DNA of 64,000 nucleotides from Spirochaetia bacterium (GCA_965203905.1 CBDBDQ010000005.1:7072001-7136000); one strand, 5' to 3'; shown: positions 19,889-30,114, counted from the first letter of the stretch. Numbers and translations: made by a program. The notes: a model not told the origin generated them from the letters alone.

Positions 19889-21836
19889 CGCGGCGCCAGA
19901 GATTCTCGATCGGGACCGGCTCGATGGCGTCGGCGAGGTCGAAGCCGAGGATGCGGGAGTAGAAGTAGAGCTCGGCTTCGAGGGCGCGCCTGGCGTTCTC
20001 GGCCTTGCGGAAGCCGTGCTGCTCGCCGGGGAACGGCACGTAGGCGACCGGCAGCCCCTTGCGGCGCAGCGCCTCGACCATCAGCTCGGCCTGGTTCGGC
20101 GGCACGATTCGGTCCTCCAGCCCCTGCAACAGGATGATCGGACAGGAGAGCCGCTCGGTGTGGTGGAGCGGCGAGCGCTCCAGGTAGCGGTCGCGGCGTT
20201 CCGGATAGGGGCCGACCAGCGAGTCCAGGTAACGCGACTCGAACTTGTGGGTCTCCTTGGCGAGGGCTTCGAGGTCGCTCACCCCGAAGTGGCTGGCGCC
20301 GGCGCGGAACACGTCGCGGAAGGTGAGCGCGGCCAGCGTGGTGTAGCCGCCGGCGCTGCCGCCGGTCACCAGCAACCGGTCGCCGTCCACCTCGCCGGTG
20401 CGCACCAGGTGCAGCGCGGCGTTGATGCAGTCGTCCACGTCCACGATTCCCCAGCGGCCGTTGAGCCGGCGCCGGTAGGCGGTGCCGTAGCCGGTGCTGC
20501 CGCCGTAGTTCACGTCCACCACCGCGATGCCGCGGCTGGTCCAGAACTGGTTGCCCAGGCTCAGCGCCGCGGAGGTGGAGCCGGTAGGCCCGCCGTGGCT
20601 CTTGACCAGCAGCGGCGGGCGCTCCCCCGGCGCAGCTTCGTAGTCGCGGTTGCAGGGCGGGTAGTAGAAGGCGTGCGCGGTCTCCCCGCCCGTGGTCTCG
20701 AACGCGATCGGCCGCGGCACCGAGAGGTAACCGGCGTCCACCGTGAGCTCCCGCGACTGCCGCAACCGGGTGACCTCGCCGCTGGCCGGATCCAGCGACA
20801 GGAGACATGCGGGAAGGTCGTGCGCGGCGGCCACCATCACCACCCGGCCGGGGGCAGCCCTGATGTCGCCGCGATCCGCCTCCGTGTAGTCGGTATCGAT
20901 CGGCCTCAACCGCTTGCTCCGGGTGTCCAGCGCCGCCAGCCGCGAGCGGCCCTCCTCCAGGTAGCGGCAGAAGAGCCGGTCGGCCGACTCGAAGGCGTAG
21001 GTCCGCGTCCCCAGGGTCCATGCCGGCACCGCGAACTCGGCCTGCATCGGCGCCAGCGCCTCATGCGGTCCGTCACGCCAGCGGTACAGGTTCCACCAGC
21101 CGCTGCGGTCGGAGACGAAGTACAGCGCCCCGTCCGGCGACCACTCCGGCTGGAACACCGACTCGCCGCGGTCGCCGGCTACCTTGTTCGCCGCGCCCAC
21201 GGCGCCATCCTCATCCAGGTCCGCCACCCACAGCTCGGTCTCGTCCCAGGGCATGTGCGGGTGGTCCCACGCCAGCCAGGCCAGCCGGGTGCCGTCCGGG
21301 CTGACCGACGGATAGCCGTAGAAGTCGCTGCCGGACACCAGCAGCTCGCCGGCGCCTCCGGCCGCCAGGTCCAGCGCTACCACGGCGTTGACCGCCTCGC
21401 GCCCGGGCTCGCGATGGTCCTCGCGCACGCACACCAGGCGGCCCCGGCGGAGGTCCACCATGCCGTCGCCAAAGCGCAGGTCCACCCCCTCCGGAGTGAT
21501 CGCCACCGGCGCCGCGCCCGGCTCCTGCCGGTACACCCGCTGGTCGGCGAAGTTGGCGAACCACACCACGCCGTCCACCACCCAGAAGCAGAGCCCGCCG
21601 TACTCGTGCACCCGGGTACGCACGTTGAACGGCGGCGGGGTCACGTCGCCCGTCGCGCCGTCGGGCGTGCGGCGCACCACCACGTTGCGGCCGCCGTCGG
21701 AGGCCCGCGTCTCCACCCAGTACACGTCGTCGCCGTCGAGCTGGATCGCCCCCAGCCGCACCGCGTCCTGCACGATCAGGTCGCTGGTGATGGGCGATCT
21801 CCACGAGCCACACGGTGCGATGGTCGGCATCTTCAT
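19866..21836 (-). CDS. S9 family (prolyl oligopeptidase/acylaminoacyl) peptidase
   Basis: HGGP, GGSAGG nucleophile, QGLED and EQHGF motifs. Confidence 0.93.
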   Translation of the reverse strand: MKMPTIAPCGSWRSPITSDLIVQDAVRLGAIQLDGDDVYWVETRASDGGRNVVVRRTPDGATGDVTPPPFNVRTRVHEYGGLCFWVVDGVVWFANFADQRVYRQEPGAAPVAITPEGVDLRFGDGMVDLRRGRLVCVREDHREPGREAVNAVVALDLAAGGAGELLVSGSDFYGYPSVSPDGTRLAWLAWDHPHMPWDETELWVADLDEDGAVGAANKVAGDRGESVFQPEWSPDGALYFVSDRSGWWNLYRWRDGPHEALAPMQAEFAVPAWTLGTRTYAFESADRLFCRYLEEGRSRLAALDTRSKRLRPIDTDYTEADRGDIRAAPGRVVMVAAAHDLPACLLSLDPASGEVTRLRQSRELTVDAGYLSVPRPIAFETTGGETAHAFYYPPCNRDYEAAPGERPPLLVKSHGGPTGSTSAALSLGNQFWTSRGIAVVDVNYGGSTGYGTAYRRRLNGRWGIVDVDDCINAALHLVRTGEVDGDRLLVTGGSAGGYTTLAALTFRDVFRAGASHFGVSDLEALAKETHKFESRYLDSLVGPYPERRDRYLERSPLHHTERLSCPIILLQGLEDRIVPPNQAELMVEALRRKGLPVAYVPFPGEQHGFRKAENARRALEAELYFYSRILGFDLADAIEPVPIENLWRRVRSGAGP

Positions 21837-22975
21837 GCTCCCGTTACCTGCCGCAGCAGGTCGAAGAACGCGCGCTTGCGCGGCGTGTTGATGCTCCAGT
21901 CTATCGGCACGCTCTGGAAGCCGTCGCCGTAGTTGCCGGGGGCCAGCCCGCCGCCAGCACCGGGTCCCGGATCGAAGTACCCCCACCCCGCCCGCCGCGA
22001 CAGCGCCGCGGTGAAGTTGTTCTGTGCCCGGTCGAAGTCGAAGTGGTCGTCCTCGGTGAACATGATCGGCTGCCCGGCATAGGCCGGCAGGGCGCGGGTG
22101 TCGTCCACCATGGCCGCAATGCGCCGCGGCTCGGTCACGCCGTTGCCGTGCAGCAGGATGAAGTCGGAGGTGGCGCACACCGCGTCGCCCGGGATCCGGC
22201 CGCCGCCGTAGCTGGTGCCCACCAGCAGCCTGTCACCGTTCCGCGTCACCCGCTGCGCGCGTGCGATCAACTCGTGCACGCGGCGCGGCTGCAGGATCTC
22301 GTGTTCGTAGCGCGGCACGTCGCACTCGTTGTTGACCTCGATCACCACGTTGCGCCAGCCCCGCTGCAGCACCCAGCCGCAGGTCTCCTCCAGCGCGCGG
22401 CACACCGCGGCCTCGTCGCGCAGCCGCTCGTCCTGGCCGAAGTAGAAGATGCCCAGCACCACCACCATGCCGAGCTCGTCGGTACGCTGCAGGATCCGGT
22501 CCAGTCGCGCGAGATGGCCGCCGGGCTCCTCCAGCAAAGCGCCGTCGGCCGCGAACGGCGAATTGTGCCACGGCTGGGAGTCGGGCCCCGGCAGGCCGCG
22601 CCACAGCTCGGCGTCGGTGTACGCCACCTGCCGCTCGGCGAGCAGTTGCCGAAACGGCTCGGCGCGGTAGTAGCCGAACGGCGCTCCACCCTGCAGGTTC
22701 ACGGTGACCGCGGTCAGGCCGTGCTCACGGTAGAGCGGCAGGCAGCGTACGAACTCGTCGCTGTTGCGCTCCGCGTCCCAGCGGGCAGTATCGGGGTACT
22801 GCCACAGGAAGCGGGTCGCGGGATTGGCGTCATCGAAGACCGCGTTGGCCATGCGACTGTTCAGCAACAGGCCCTCGATCTGCCAGCCCCGGTACTCCCG
22901 CCCGCGATAAGTCGGTTTGCCGTTGATACGCCACGCGTCGCCGTCGATCGTGACGTGGGTCCTTCTACGCGTCAT
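21833..22975 (-). CDS. Putative clan GH-A-like TIM-barrel glycoside hydrolase
   Basis: IEVNNE, LLHGNG and PIMFTED motifs. Confidence 0.55.
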   Translation of the reverse strand: MTRRRTHVTIDGDAWRINGKPTYRGREYRGWQIEGLLLNSRMANAVFDDANPATRFLWQYPDTARWDAERNSDEFVRCLPLYREHGLTAVTVNLQGGAPFGYYRAEPFRQLLAERQVAYTDAELWRGLPGPDSQPWHNSPFAADGALLEEPGGHLARLDRILQRTDELGMVVVLGIFYFGQDERLRDEAAVCRALEETCGWVLQRGWRNVVIEVNNECDVPRYEHEILQPRRVHELIARAQRVTRNGDRLLVGTSYGGGRIPGDAVCATSDFILLHGNGVTEPRRIAAMVDDTRALPAYAGQPIMFTEDDHFDFDRAQNNFTAALSRRAGWGYFDPGPGAGGGLAPGNYGDGFQSVPIDWSINTPRKRAFFDLLRQVTGA

Positions 22976-23429
22976 TCAGCCGCTCGCCCGCGATGCGGGT
23001 TTCCGCCACGTCACGTGCCATTTGCCGGAGGTGGTCGTGCGCTCCGTCAGCCGGCGGGTACAGCACGATCCCGGTCCTGAGCGCGAGGGCGGCGATGGGG
23101 ATGTTCCCCGCGGCCACCTCCCGCTCGGTGTAGACGAAGAGATCGACACCCACTCCGAGGTCCAGGAAGTAATCGCGAAACAGGGCAGCGCGATCCAGGA
23201 ACGGTGTGTGGCAGGCATGCACCACCACCAGGAGATCCACATCGCTCGAGGGAACGGCGCGGTCGCTGGCCAACGAGCCGAACAGGACGACGCGTACTAC
23301 CTCTTCATGCCGGCGGCCCAGGTTCCTCGCCGCTTGGGTGATCCGGCTCATCAGCAGGTTTCGGTCGAGCCAGAACACCTTCACAGAACCGTAGGATCGC
23401 TTCTGAATGACCGATCGCGACATTGGCAT
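22965..23429 (-). CDS. Minimal nucleotidyltransferase (MNT antitoxin), now also in frame with the HEPN start at 23498
   Basis: LFGSLASDRAVPSSDVDLLVV...VDLFVYT motif. Confidence 0.85.
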   Translation of the reverse strand: MPMSRSVIQKRSYGSVKVFWLDRNLLMSRITQAARNLGRRHEEVVRVVLFGSLASDRAVPSSDVDLLVVVHACHTPFLDRAALFRDYFLDLGVGVDLFVYTEREVAAGNIPIAALALRTGIVLYPPADGAHDHLRQMARDVAETRIAGERLNDA

Positions 23430-23498
23430 CCTCATCGCGCGCGCACTTTCCAGGTCGCGCCGCGCCTGCCTGAGCCAGTCGCCGCTACGCTCGGCCAT
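23305..23498 (-). pseudogene. HEPN toxin with a large internal deletion
   Basis: N-terminus MAERSGDWLRQARRDLESAR is joined at ~23436 to the out-of-frame C-terminus DEDANVAIGHSEAILRFCEGVLA. Confidence 0.75.
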
Positions 23499-23548
23499 AG
23501 CCTATCATACGTCCCTCGCGCGGCACCGCTCAACGGCGTTCACTCCGT

Positions 23549-24451
23549 TCACTCCCCCTTTGCGCCGGGCACGTCCCTGCGCTGGAAGATCCAGAACGCT
23601 GCGCCAAGCAAGACCGCCGTGTATGCCAGCATGACGACGAACGCCCGCGCGTGGTCCGCCGGGAACGCCGCGCTCATCCATTCGGAAACGTTCGAGCCCA
23701 GGAGAGTTACGTCCAGGACGTTCCCCAACCATCCGGCTATCCCGGCGAGCGCGGGAGCGATCAACAGCTCGAAGAGGAAGTAGCCCATCGACAGCGCCAC
23801 GCCCTGTGCGTTGGACCGGGTCGCCACCGTCAGGAACACCGCCAACGCGACGTACGGCGCCAGGGCGTACGCCGCCTTGCCCAGCGCTGTTGCCACGGCC
23901 TTCCACGCCGCCGCGTTGCCAGCCACGAGCGGTCCCTCCCCGGCGGGCGGCAAGATTCCCGCGACGAGGCTGGCAATTCCGACGAGCGCGGCAATGGCGA
24001 TGATCCCGGCGCTACCCGCAACCATGAGCATGGCGTACTTCGCGCTGAGCAGCTGCCAGCGTCCGGCCCCTCGGGTCAACGTCGCCCTCAGCGTGCCCAG
24101 ACCGTACTCCACGCCGATGACCGTAGCCGCAAGGATCATGATGGGTATGACGAAGATCATGGGGAGTTGCCCGGTCGTGCGATTGAGGCTGAACGGCAGG
24201 GTGAACCCGCCCGTTCCTGCGCCGCCTGCGTCCAGACCGACGCTTACCGAGAGACCTTCGCCGCTCTCAAGAGCGGCGGCGCCGGTCTCCGCTGCCGCTA
24301 CGGAATCGGCGCCAAGGTGGTAGCTGACATAGCCCATCCAGAAGGCGCCCTGCGTGATGGCGGCGACGATGCCCAGCAGTATCCAGGGAATCCGCCGTCG
24401 GCGCAGCTTGTACCACTCTCCTCTCGTCAGTGTCAGAACGTGGGTCATCAT
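23549..24451 (-). CDS. ABC-2 type exporter permease
   Basis: EWYKLRRR, EYGLGTLR and FQRRDV motifs; several TM segments. Confidence 0.85.
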   Translation of the reverse strand: MMTHVLTLTRGEWYKLRRRRIPWILLGIVAAITQGAFWMGYVSYHLGADSVAAAETGAAALESGEGLSVSVGLDAGGAGTGGFTLPFSLNRTTGQLPMIFVIPIMILAATVIGVEYGLGTLRATLTRGAGRWQLLSAKYAMLMVAGSAGIIAIAALVGIASLVAGILPPAGEGPLVAGNAAAWKAVATALGKAAYALAPYVALAVFLTVATRSNAQGVALSMGYFLFELLIAPALAGIAGWLGNVLDVTLLGSNVSEWMSAAFPADHARAFVVMLAYTAVLLGAAFWIFQRRDVPGAKGE

Positions 24452-25374
24452 GGTGTCGTCTCCTTCAAGTCGCTGCCGGTTACTTCCAGGAAGTACTGTT
24501 CGAGGGACCTCCCGAAGGGCGCCATCTCGGTGACGTAGACCTCGGAGCGGCTCATGGCCGCCACCAACTCCCCCGACCTCTCGATAGGCGCCGCCACGGA
24601 AAGTGCGCCATCCTCCGTCGTTCCCACCTCCCCGACCCAGTCCAGCGCCGACAGAATCGCGCGCGCCTTACGGTCGTCGGTGGTCTTCACGCGGACCAGT
24701 TCGTCCCGGTCCGCACGGACCAGTTCGGCGACCTCGCCCTGCACTACCAGCTTTCCCTTCGAGATGATGGTGACGCGGTCGCAGACCTGTTCGATCTCGT
24801 GCAGCAGGTGGCTCGACACCAGCACGGTCCTGCTGCCGTCGCCGAGGCTCCGTATCAGTTCGCGCACCTGGATCACGCCCTCGGGGTCCAGGCCGTTGGT
24901 GGGCTCGTCCAGGCACACCAGCTCCGGGTCGCCCAGCAGGGCGTAGCCTATCCCCAGCCGCTGCTTCATCCCGAGCGAGTAGGTGTGGAAGCGGTCGTCG
25001 CCCCGGCCCGCCAGTCCCACCTGTTCGAGCAGGTCGCCGACCTCGGCCGTCGAACCGCGGCCGGAGATGAGACGGAAGTACTCGAGATTCTCCCGCCCCG
25101 ACAGGTTCGGATAGAAGGCCGGGCTCTCGATGACGGCCCCGATGCGGCGCAGCGCCTCCCGGTGTGGCCCGGTCGAGCCAAACAGTCGAAAGCTGCCCGA
25201 CGTCGGCCTCAGCACGCCGAGCAGCATCCCCATCGTCGTAGTCTTGCCGGACCCGTTGGGTCCCAGCAATCCGTAGATATGGCCGCGCCGCACCTCCATC
25301 GAGAGGTCGTCCACCGCCGTGATCTCTCCGAAACGCTTGGTCAGACCGTCGGTCTGAATTACCGGTTCATCCAT
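24448..25374 (-). CDS. ABC exporter ATP-binding protein (BcrA-like)
   Basis: GPNGSGKTT, YSLGMKQRL, LDEPTNGLDP and SSH motifs. Confidence 0.92.
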   Translation of the reverse strand: MDEPVIQTDGLTKRFGEITAVDDLSMEVRRGHIYGLLGPNGSGKTTTMGMLLGVLRPTSGSFRLFGSTGPHREALRRIGAVIESPAFYPNLSGRENLEYFRLISGRGSTAEVGDLLEQVGLAGRGDDRFHTYSLGMKQRLGIGYALLGDPELVCLDEPTNGLDPEGVIQVRELIRSLGDGSRTVLVSSHLLHEIEQVCDRVTIISKGKLVVQGEVAELVRADRDELVRVKTTDDRKARAILSALDWVGEVGTTEDGALSVAAPIERSGELVAAMSRSEVYVTEMAPFGRSLEQYFLEVTGSDLKETTP

Positions 25375-25401
25375 TCGAACCTCCACGGTGATTGATTGTT
25401 C

Positions 25402-25431
25402 CAGTGTACTACTTATCTAATACACTGTCAA
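25402..25431 (-). promoter_or_regulatory. Promoter overlapped by a YtrA/GntR-type operator palindrome
   Basis: Minus-strand TTGACA-N17-TACACT; inverted repeat CAGTGTA-N12-TACACTG. Confidence 0.7.
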
Positions 25432-25589
25432 CCGCTCTCGCCTGGCCCGCTCCGACCCGCCCTCCGCTCGGCTCACCTACTCGCCCGCGATCCGCCGAGG
25501 CGCCAGGCACCGGGGTATCGCGAGCGAGCTCCGGCCCGGGACCAGCGGCCTCGGTTGCGGGCCGCGCGGCTGGCCGCTACCGTGAGCCC

Positions 25590-26885
25590 ATGGAAAGCCG
25601 CGTCGACACCCAGGTATACCGCCAGCGCCGCGAGCGCCCCGACCTGCTCGGCGAGCAGTCACCTCAGGGAATGCGGGTCACCCAGATCAGTGCCGAGGCC
25701 GAGCACCCGCACAGCAACATCTACATGGAGGCGCGGGTGTTCACGCCCGACTCCAAGCGCTTCGTGTTCCAGCGTTTCCCCGACCCCGCCGACATCGATG
25801 CCCGCGGCAGCCGGCGCGAATACCTGCTGTGCGATGTCGAGGACGGCTACTCGTTCATCCAGTTGACCGACGAGGAGGGCGCCATCGGCCCGAGCGTGTC
25901 GCCGGACGGACGCTACCTGTACTACTTCATCGACCGCACCGTGGCCGGCGGCGGCTGGTGGGCGATCAAGCGCGTGGACCTCGACACCTTCCAGCGCGAG
26001 ACGCTCGCGAAGTTCGAACGCCCGCTGCCGGAGGCCGGCCGCCACCTGAGTAATCTCTACGTGCTCAGCAGCATCTCCTCCGACGGCGCCCGCCTGTGCA
26101 TGTCCGGCTACCTTGGCGACGGCCGCAGCCACAACGCACCGTGGGGCCTGGTGGTGTTCGACATCGAACGCGCCGCCGCCTCGCTGATCCTGGAGGGCCA
26201 GAGCTTCTGCAACACCCATCACCAGTACTCCCGCTCGACCGACCCGGCGGATAGCCACGACATCCTGGTTCAGGACAACCACGGCTGCGACATCGACGAG
26301 CTGGGCAACATCGTCACCCTCGCCGGCGGCAACGGCGCCGACGTGCACGTGATCCGCGACGACGGCAGCGACTTCCGCTGCTACGGATTCGGCCGCGACG
26401 GCGTCGAGCGGTGCCAGGGGCATCAGGCATGGCGCGGCGAGCAGACGTCGGTGGTGGCGAGCGTCGCCATCGAGGGTGAGGAGCGGTATCCGCTGCTGGA
26501 GGGTAGGCCGGTCCGTGCCGAGCCCGGGACCATGCACCACGGACGCCTGATTGCGGGGGCCACGCGCAACCGCATCAGCCGCTCGATGGAGCGCGAGGAT
26601 TCCTGCCACTTCGCCTTCGACCCGAGCGGAACCAGGTTCGTCTCCGACACCTTCGGCTACCGCGGCCGCAACGCGGAGTGCGTCATCTACGTCGGAACGC
26701 TGCCGGACGAGCCCGATGCGGGCCTGCAGACGCGTTACCTGCTCCACCCCCGCACCTCGTTCGGCCGCTCGCAGCACACCCACCCGCATCCGTTTCAGTC
26801 ACCGGACGGCAAGGTGGTGCTGTTCAACTCCGACGAATCGGGACTGCCGCAGGTCTACGCCGTCGAGGGCTTCGAGTACCCCTGA
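25590..26885 (+). CDS. Oligogalacturonate-lyase-like beta-propeller protein
   Basis: FTPDSKRFVF and C-terminal HTHPHPFQSPDGKVVLFNSDESG motifs. Confidence 0.7.
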   Translation: MESRVDTQVYRQRRERPDLLGEQSPQGMRVTQISAEAEHPHSNIYMEARVFTPDSKRFVFQRFPDPADIDARGSRREYLLCDVEDGYSFIQLTDEEGAIGPSVSPDGRYLYYFIDRTVAGGGWWAIKRVDLDTFQRETLAKFERPLPEAGRHLSNLYVLSSISSDGARLCMSGYLGDGRSHNAPWGLVVFDIERAAASLILEGQSFCNTHHQYSRSTDPADSHDILVQDNHGCDIDELGNIVTLAGGNGADVHVIRDDGSDFRCYGFGRDGVERCQGHQAWRGEQTSVVASVAIEGEERYPLLEGRPVRAEPGTMHHGRLIAGATRNRISRSMEREDSCHFAFDPSGTRFVSDTFGYRGRNAECVIYVGTLPDEPDAGLQTRYLLHPRTSFGRSQHTHPHPFQSPDGKVVLFNSDESGLPQVYAVEGFEYP

Positions 26886-26915
26886 GCGCCGACGGGACCC
26901 AGGTAGTCCGGGGCT

Positions 26916-27695
26916 CTATCCGGCGCGCAGCGTGATGCTGGTGCGGCCCTCCAGTCCGGCCACCACCCGGTACTGCCGCTCCCGCGGCTGACGGTCCGCG
27001 GGCACGTAGCGCACGTTCGGCGGAAAGTAAGCGTACAGCGCCGTGTGACGCGGACGGTCCGAGCGGTTGGGCCCCGACCCATGCACGATGTTGCTGTGGA
27101 ACAGCACCGCGCTGCCCGCCGCCAGCGGCACGTCGCGCAACTCCGAGACATCCACGTCGGTGCGGTCGGTCATCGCGGCCGCGCCGTCGCGGGCGATGTT
27201 GCCCCATTCGCCGACCGGCCAGCGGTGGCTGCCGGGGATCACCTGGATGCAGCCGTTCTCGCTGTCGCTGGCGGACAGGGCGATACTGACGGTCACCAGC
27301 GTGGGTGGTTCCAGCGGCCAGTAGGCGACGTCCTGGTGCAGCGCATGGCGGGAGCCATGACGGGCGGGCTTGAGCATCAGGGTGGAGCGGAACAGCAGCA
27401 GATCCGGCCCCAGCAGCTCCCGCACCACCTCCAGCACCCGCGGGTTGGCGCCCATGCCGGCGAACAGCTCCGAGATCCGGTCACTGCCTTCGATCTTGCG
27501 CAGCACCGGCCGCCCCTGCTCCGCACGCGTGTCGGTGAACGGCTCGAACTGAAACGCCGCCGCCTCCGGATCGGCGGCCGCCACCTGGTGCAGGCGTTCG
27601 ATCTCCGTCGCGGCAGCCGCCACCTCGTCGGGCCGCAGGACCTCGGGCAGGACCAGGTAGCCCTCTTCCTCGTACTGGCTCAGACTCACCCCCAC
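26916..27695 (-). CDS. PhyH-family Fe(II)/2-oxoglutarate dioxygenase
   Basis: LHQD, IPGSH and VHGSGPNRS motifs. Confidence 0.9.
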   Translation of the reverse strand: MGVSLSQYEEEGYLVLPEVLRPDEVAAAATEIERLHQVAAADPEAAAFQFEPFTDTRAEQGRPVLRKIEGSDRISELFAGMGANPRVLEVVRELLGPDLLLFRSTLMLKPARHGSRHALHQDVAYWPLEPPTLVTVSIALSASDSENGCIQVIPGSHRWPVGEWGNIARDGAAAMTDRTDVDVSELRDVPLAAGSAVLFHSNIVHGSGPNRSDRPRHTALYAYFPPNVRYVPADRQPRERQYRVVAGLEGRTSITLRAG

Positions 27696-28003
27696 GGTCG
27701 ACCTCCTCGGCTCTACGAAGTCTATCTCGGGAACGGGCGACGTTTGTACCTTCTCGCGTTCGCCACGTTAATGCAGCAGCAACGCCCGGGCGCAAAGGGT
27801 CGAGCACGTGCGCCGTCAAGAGCCAAGAGCGCAAGCAGGCGATCCTTGATAAGATGGCGTCCGAGGCCGGCCGTATTGACCGTGATCGTCCAAGAGTTGG
27901 GCAAGGATCTCGCCTTCTTAGTCTGTCACTGTCACATCACCTTGGAGGGCTGCTGCTGCGGTGTGGTCCACGTTCCGCCCAGCCGGGACGGTGCTGATAG
28001 GAT

Positions 28004-29209
28004 ATGGCCATGACCCGTGTCCCAGTGCCCCCCGAGATGCTTGGCTGGGCCTGTGAACGTGCCGGCATCGACGTGGAGCACCTTGCGAAGCGCATACCGC
28101 AGCTCCCGGCCTGGGTCCGGAGCGAGAGGCAGCCGACGCTGAAGCAGCTGGAGAAGCTGGCCAAACTCACCCATACGCCGCTTGGTTACCTGTTCCTCCC
28201 CGAGCCTCCCGGCGAGCGCCTACCGGTGCCGGACTATCGCACCGTGACTGACACTGCCCGAGGGGGCAGGCCGAGCCCTGATTTGCTCGACACGCTCTAC
28301 ACGATGCAACGCCGACAGGAGTGGCTGCGGGAGTCCCTCGTCGAGAACGACGTGGAACCACTTGCCTTCGTGGCAAGCGCCAGTCTTGCCGATGAGCCGG
28401 ACGTTGTAGGTCGCGAGATGCGACGGACTCTCGGCCTTGATGGGGGATGGGCGACGAAAGTCTCGTCTTGGCAAGTCGCAGTGAGCGAGTTGCGTCGCGA
28501 GATCGAGCAACTCGGCGTGATGGCGGTGATCAATGGTGTGGTGGGTAACAACACCTCTCGCCGACTGAGTGTGGAGGAGTTCCGCGGCTTTGCGCTCACG
28601 GATCCCTATTCGCCGCTGATCTTCGTGAACGGTGCGGACGCGAAGTCGGCGCAGATGTTCACGCTCGCTCACGAGTTGGCGCACGTATGGCTCGGCTCGG
28701 AGGGGGTCTCCGGCTTTGATGGTCTACACCCCGGCGGTACGGAGGTGGAGGACTGGTGCAACCGAACGGCGGCGGAGTTCCTCGCGCCCGCAGAGGAGAT
28801 CAGAGCGCGTTGGGCGATAGTCAGGCGGCGAGAGAGTCCCTTCGAGGCACTCGCACGGACGTTCAAAGTGAGCCCCGTGGTGGCCGCCCGCCGTGCTCTC
28901 GACCTGAATCTCGTTGAACGCAGCACCTTCTTCGACTTCTACAAGCGTTACGTGAAGCGGGATCGCGAGAGTGGCACCGAGCCGAGTGGGGGCGACTTCT
29001 ACAAGAACCAGAACACGCGTATCGGAGAGCTGTTTGCGACCCAGGTGGTGCGCGCGGCGATGGAGGGCCGCATAGGATTCAAGGAAGCCTATGACCTGAC
29101 AGGGCTGCGCGGAGGGACCTTTCAGAAGTACGCAGCCTCGCTGAACATCTGTTTCGATTGGACGGGAGACGGGCACGCAGGAGGGAGCACGCCACCCCCA
29201 TCACCTTGA
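28004..29209 (+). CDS. XRE HTH plus ImmA/IrrE metallopeptidase
   Basis: N-terminal HTH (PTLKQLEKLA), FRGFAL, FTLAHELAH and EDWCN motifs. Confidence 0.88.
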   Translation: MAMTRVPVPPEMLGWACERAGIDVEHLAKRIPQLPAWVRSERQPTLKQLEKLAKLTHTPLGYLFLPEPPGERLPVPDYRTVTDTARGGRPSPDLLDTLYTMQRRQEWLRESLVENDVEPLAFVASASLADEPDVVGREMRRTLGLDGGWATKVSSWQVAVSELRREIEQLGVMAVINGVVGNNTSRRLSVEEFRGFALTDPYSPLIFVNGADAKSAQMFTLAHELAHVWLGSEGVSGFDGLHPGGTEVEDWCNRTAAEFLAPAEEIRARWAIVRRRESPFEALARTFKVSPVVAARRALDLNLVERSTFFDFYKRYVKRDRESGTEPSGGDFYKNQNTRIGELFATQVVRAAMEGRIGFKEAYDLTGLRGGTFQKYAASLNICFDWTGDGHAGGSTPPPSP

Positions 29210-29286
29210 TCACGTCGCACAGCGAGCCAATCCAGGCCACCAATTGGGGGACTTGCGCGGCTCCCGGCGTGGTATATCCTGGGCCC

Positions 29287-30114
29287 ATGGCGAGCCCGAT
29301 CCTGAAGGGCGAGCGGTTCTCTGCACAGGAGACCGCGCGCATCGGCGAACGCATCAGCCGCGACGGCTACTGCTCGCTGGGAACGGTGCTGGAGCCGGAA
29401 GAGGTCGCGGCGCTGCGCGAGGCGATGGAGCGCAAGCTGGCCGACCCCGCGATGCAGGAGGGTCAGCCCGGCGACCACCGCCGCGGCTTCTCGCTGATGC
29501 GCATGTTCGAGTACGACCACGCGTTCCGCGACCTGATCGTGCGCGAGCCGTTCGCCAGCCTGGCGGAGGCGATGCTGGGCGACGACTGCCACTGCATGTC
29601 GCAGAACGCGCTGTTCACCGACCCCAAGCCCGACGTGGTGGCGGACGGTCCCGGCGGCTGGCACGTCGACGACCTGGTGCAGTTCCCGTTGCCCCCGGAC
29701 GTCCCCCGCCACGACCCGCGCGTGCCGCTGCCCTGCCTCGCCTTGCAGCTGTTCACTCCGCTTACCTCGATCGAGACGGTGGAGTTCGGCCCGACGCAGG
29801 TGGTGCCGGGCAGCCACTACGCGGGACGCCGCCCGGCGGATCAGGATCGGCCGCACTTCGCCGGCAACGGTCCGGTGTCGATGCTGGCCCGGCCCGGCGA
29901 CGCCTACCTGTTCAACAACCAGGTGTGGCACCGCGGCGCTCCCAACGTGTCGCAGCGGCGCCGGCTGCTGGCGGGGGTCACCTACAGCCGCCGCTACGTC
30001 GCCCAGCGCTTCTATCCCTTCATCGACTACCGCATGCCGGAACACGTCTGGGAGGGCGCCGGGCCGCGCCTGCAACGCATGCTCGGGCGCCACCGCAAGG
30101 GCCCCTACGGCTGA
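29287..30114 (+). CDS. PhyH-family dioxygenase
   Basis: WHVD, VPGSH and WHRGAPN motifs. Confidence 0.9.
   Translation: MASPILKGERFSAQETARIGERISRDGYCSLGTVLEPEEVAALREAMERKLADPAMQEGQPGDHRRGFSLMRMFEYDHAFRDLIVREPFASLAEAMLGDDCHCMSQNALFTDPKPDVVADGPGGWHVDDLVQFPLPPDVPRHDPRVPLPCLALQLFTPLTSIETVEFGPTQVVPGSHYAGRRPADQDRPHFAGNGPVSMLARPGDAYLFNNQVWHRGAPNVSQRRRLLAGVTYSRRYVAQRFYPFIDYRMPEHVWEGAGPRLQRMLGRHRKGPYG

Noticed and set aside
27700-28000. Intergenic ORFs or a transposase remnant
   Set aside because: No motif, TIR or repeat could be supported.
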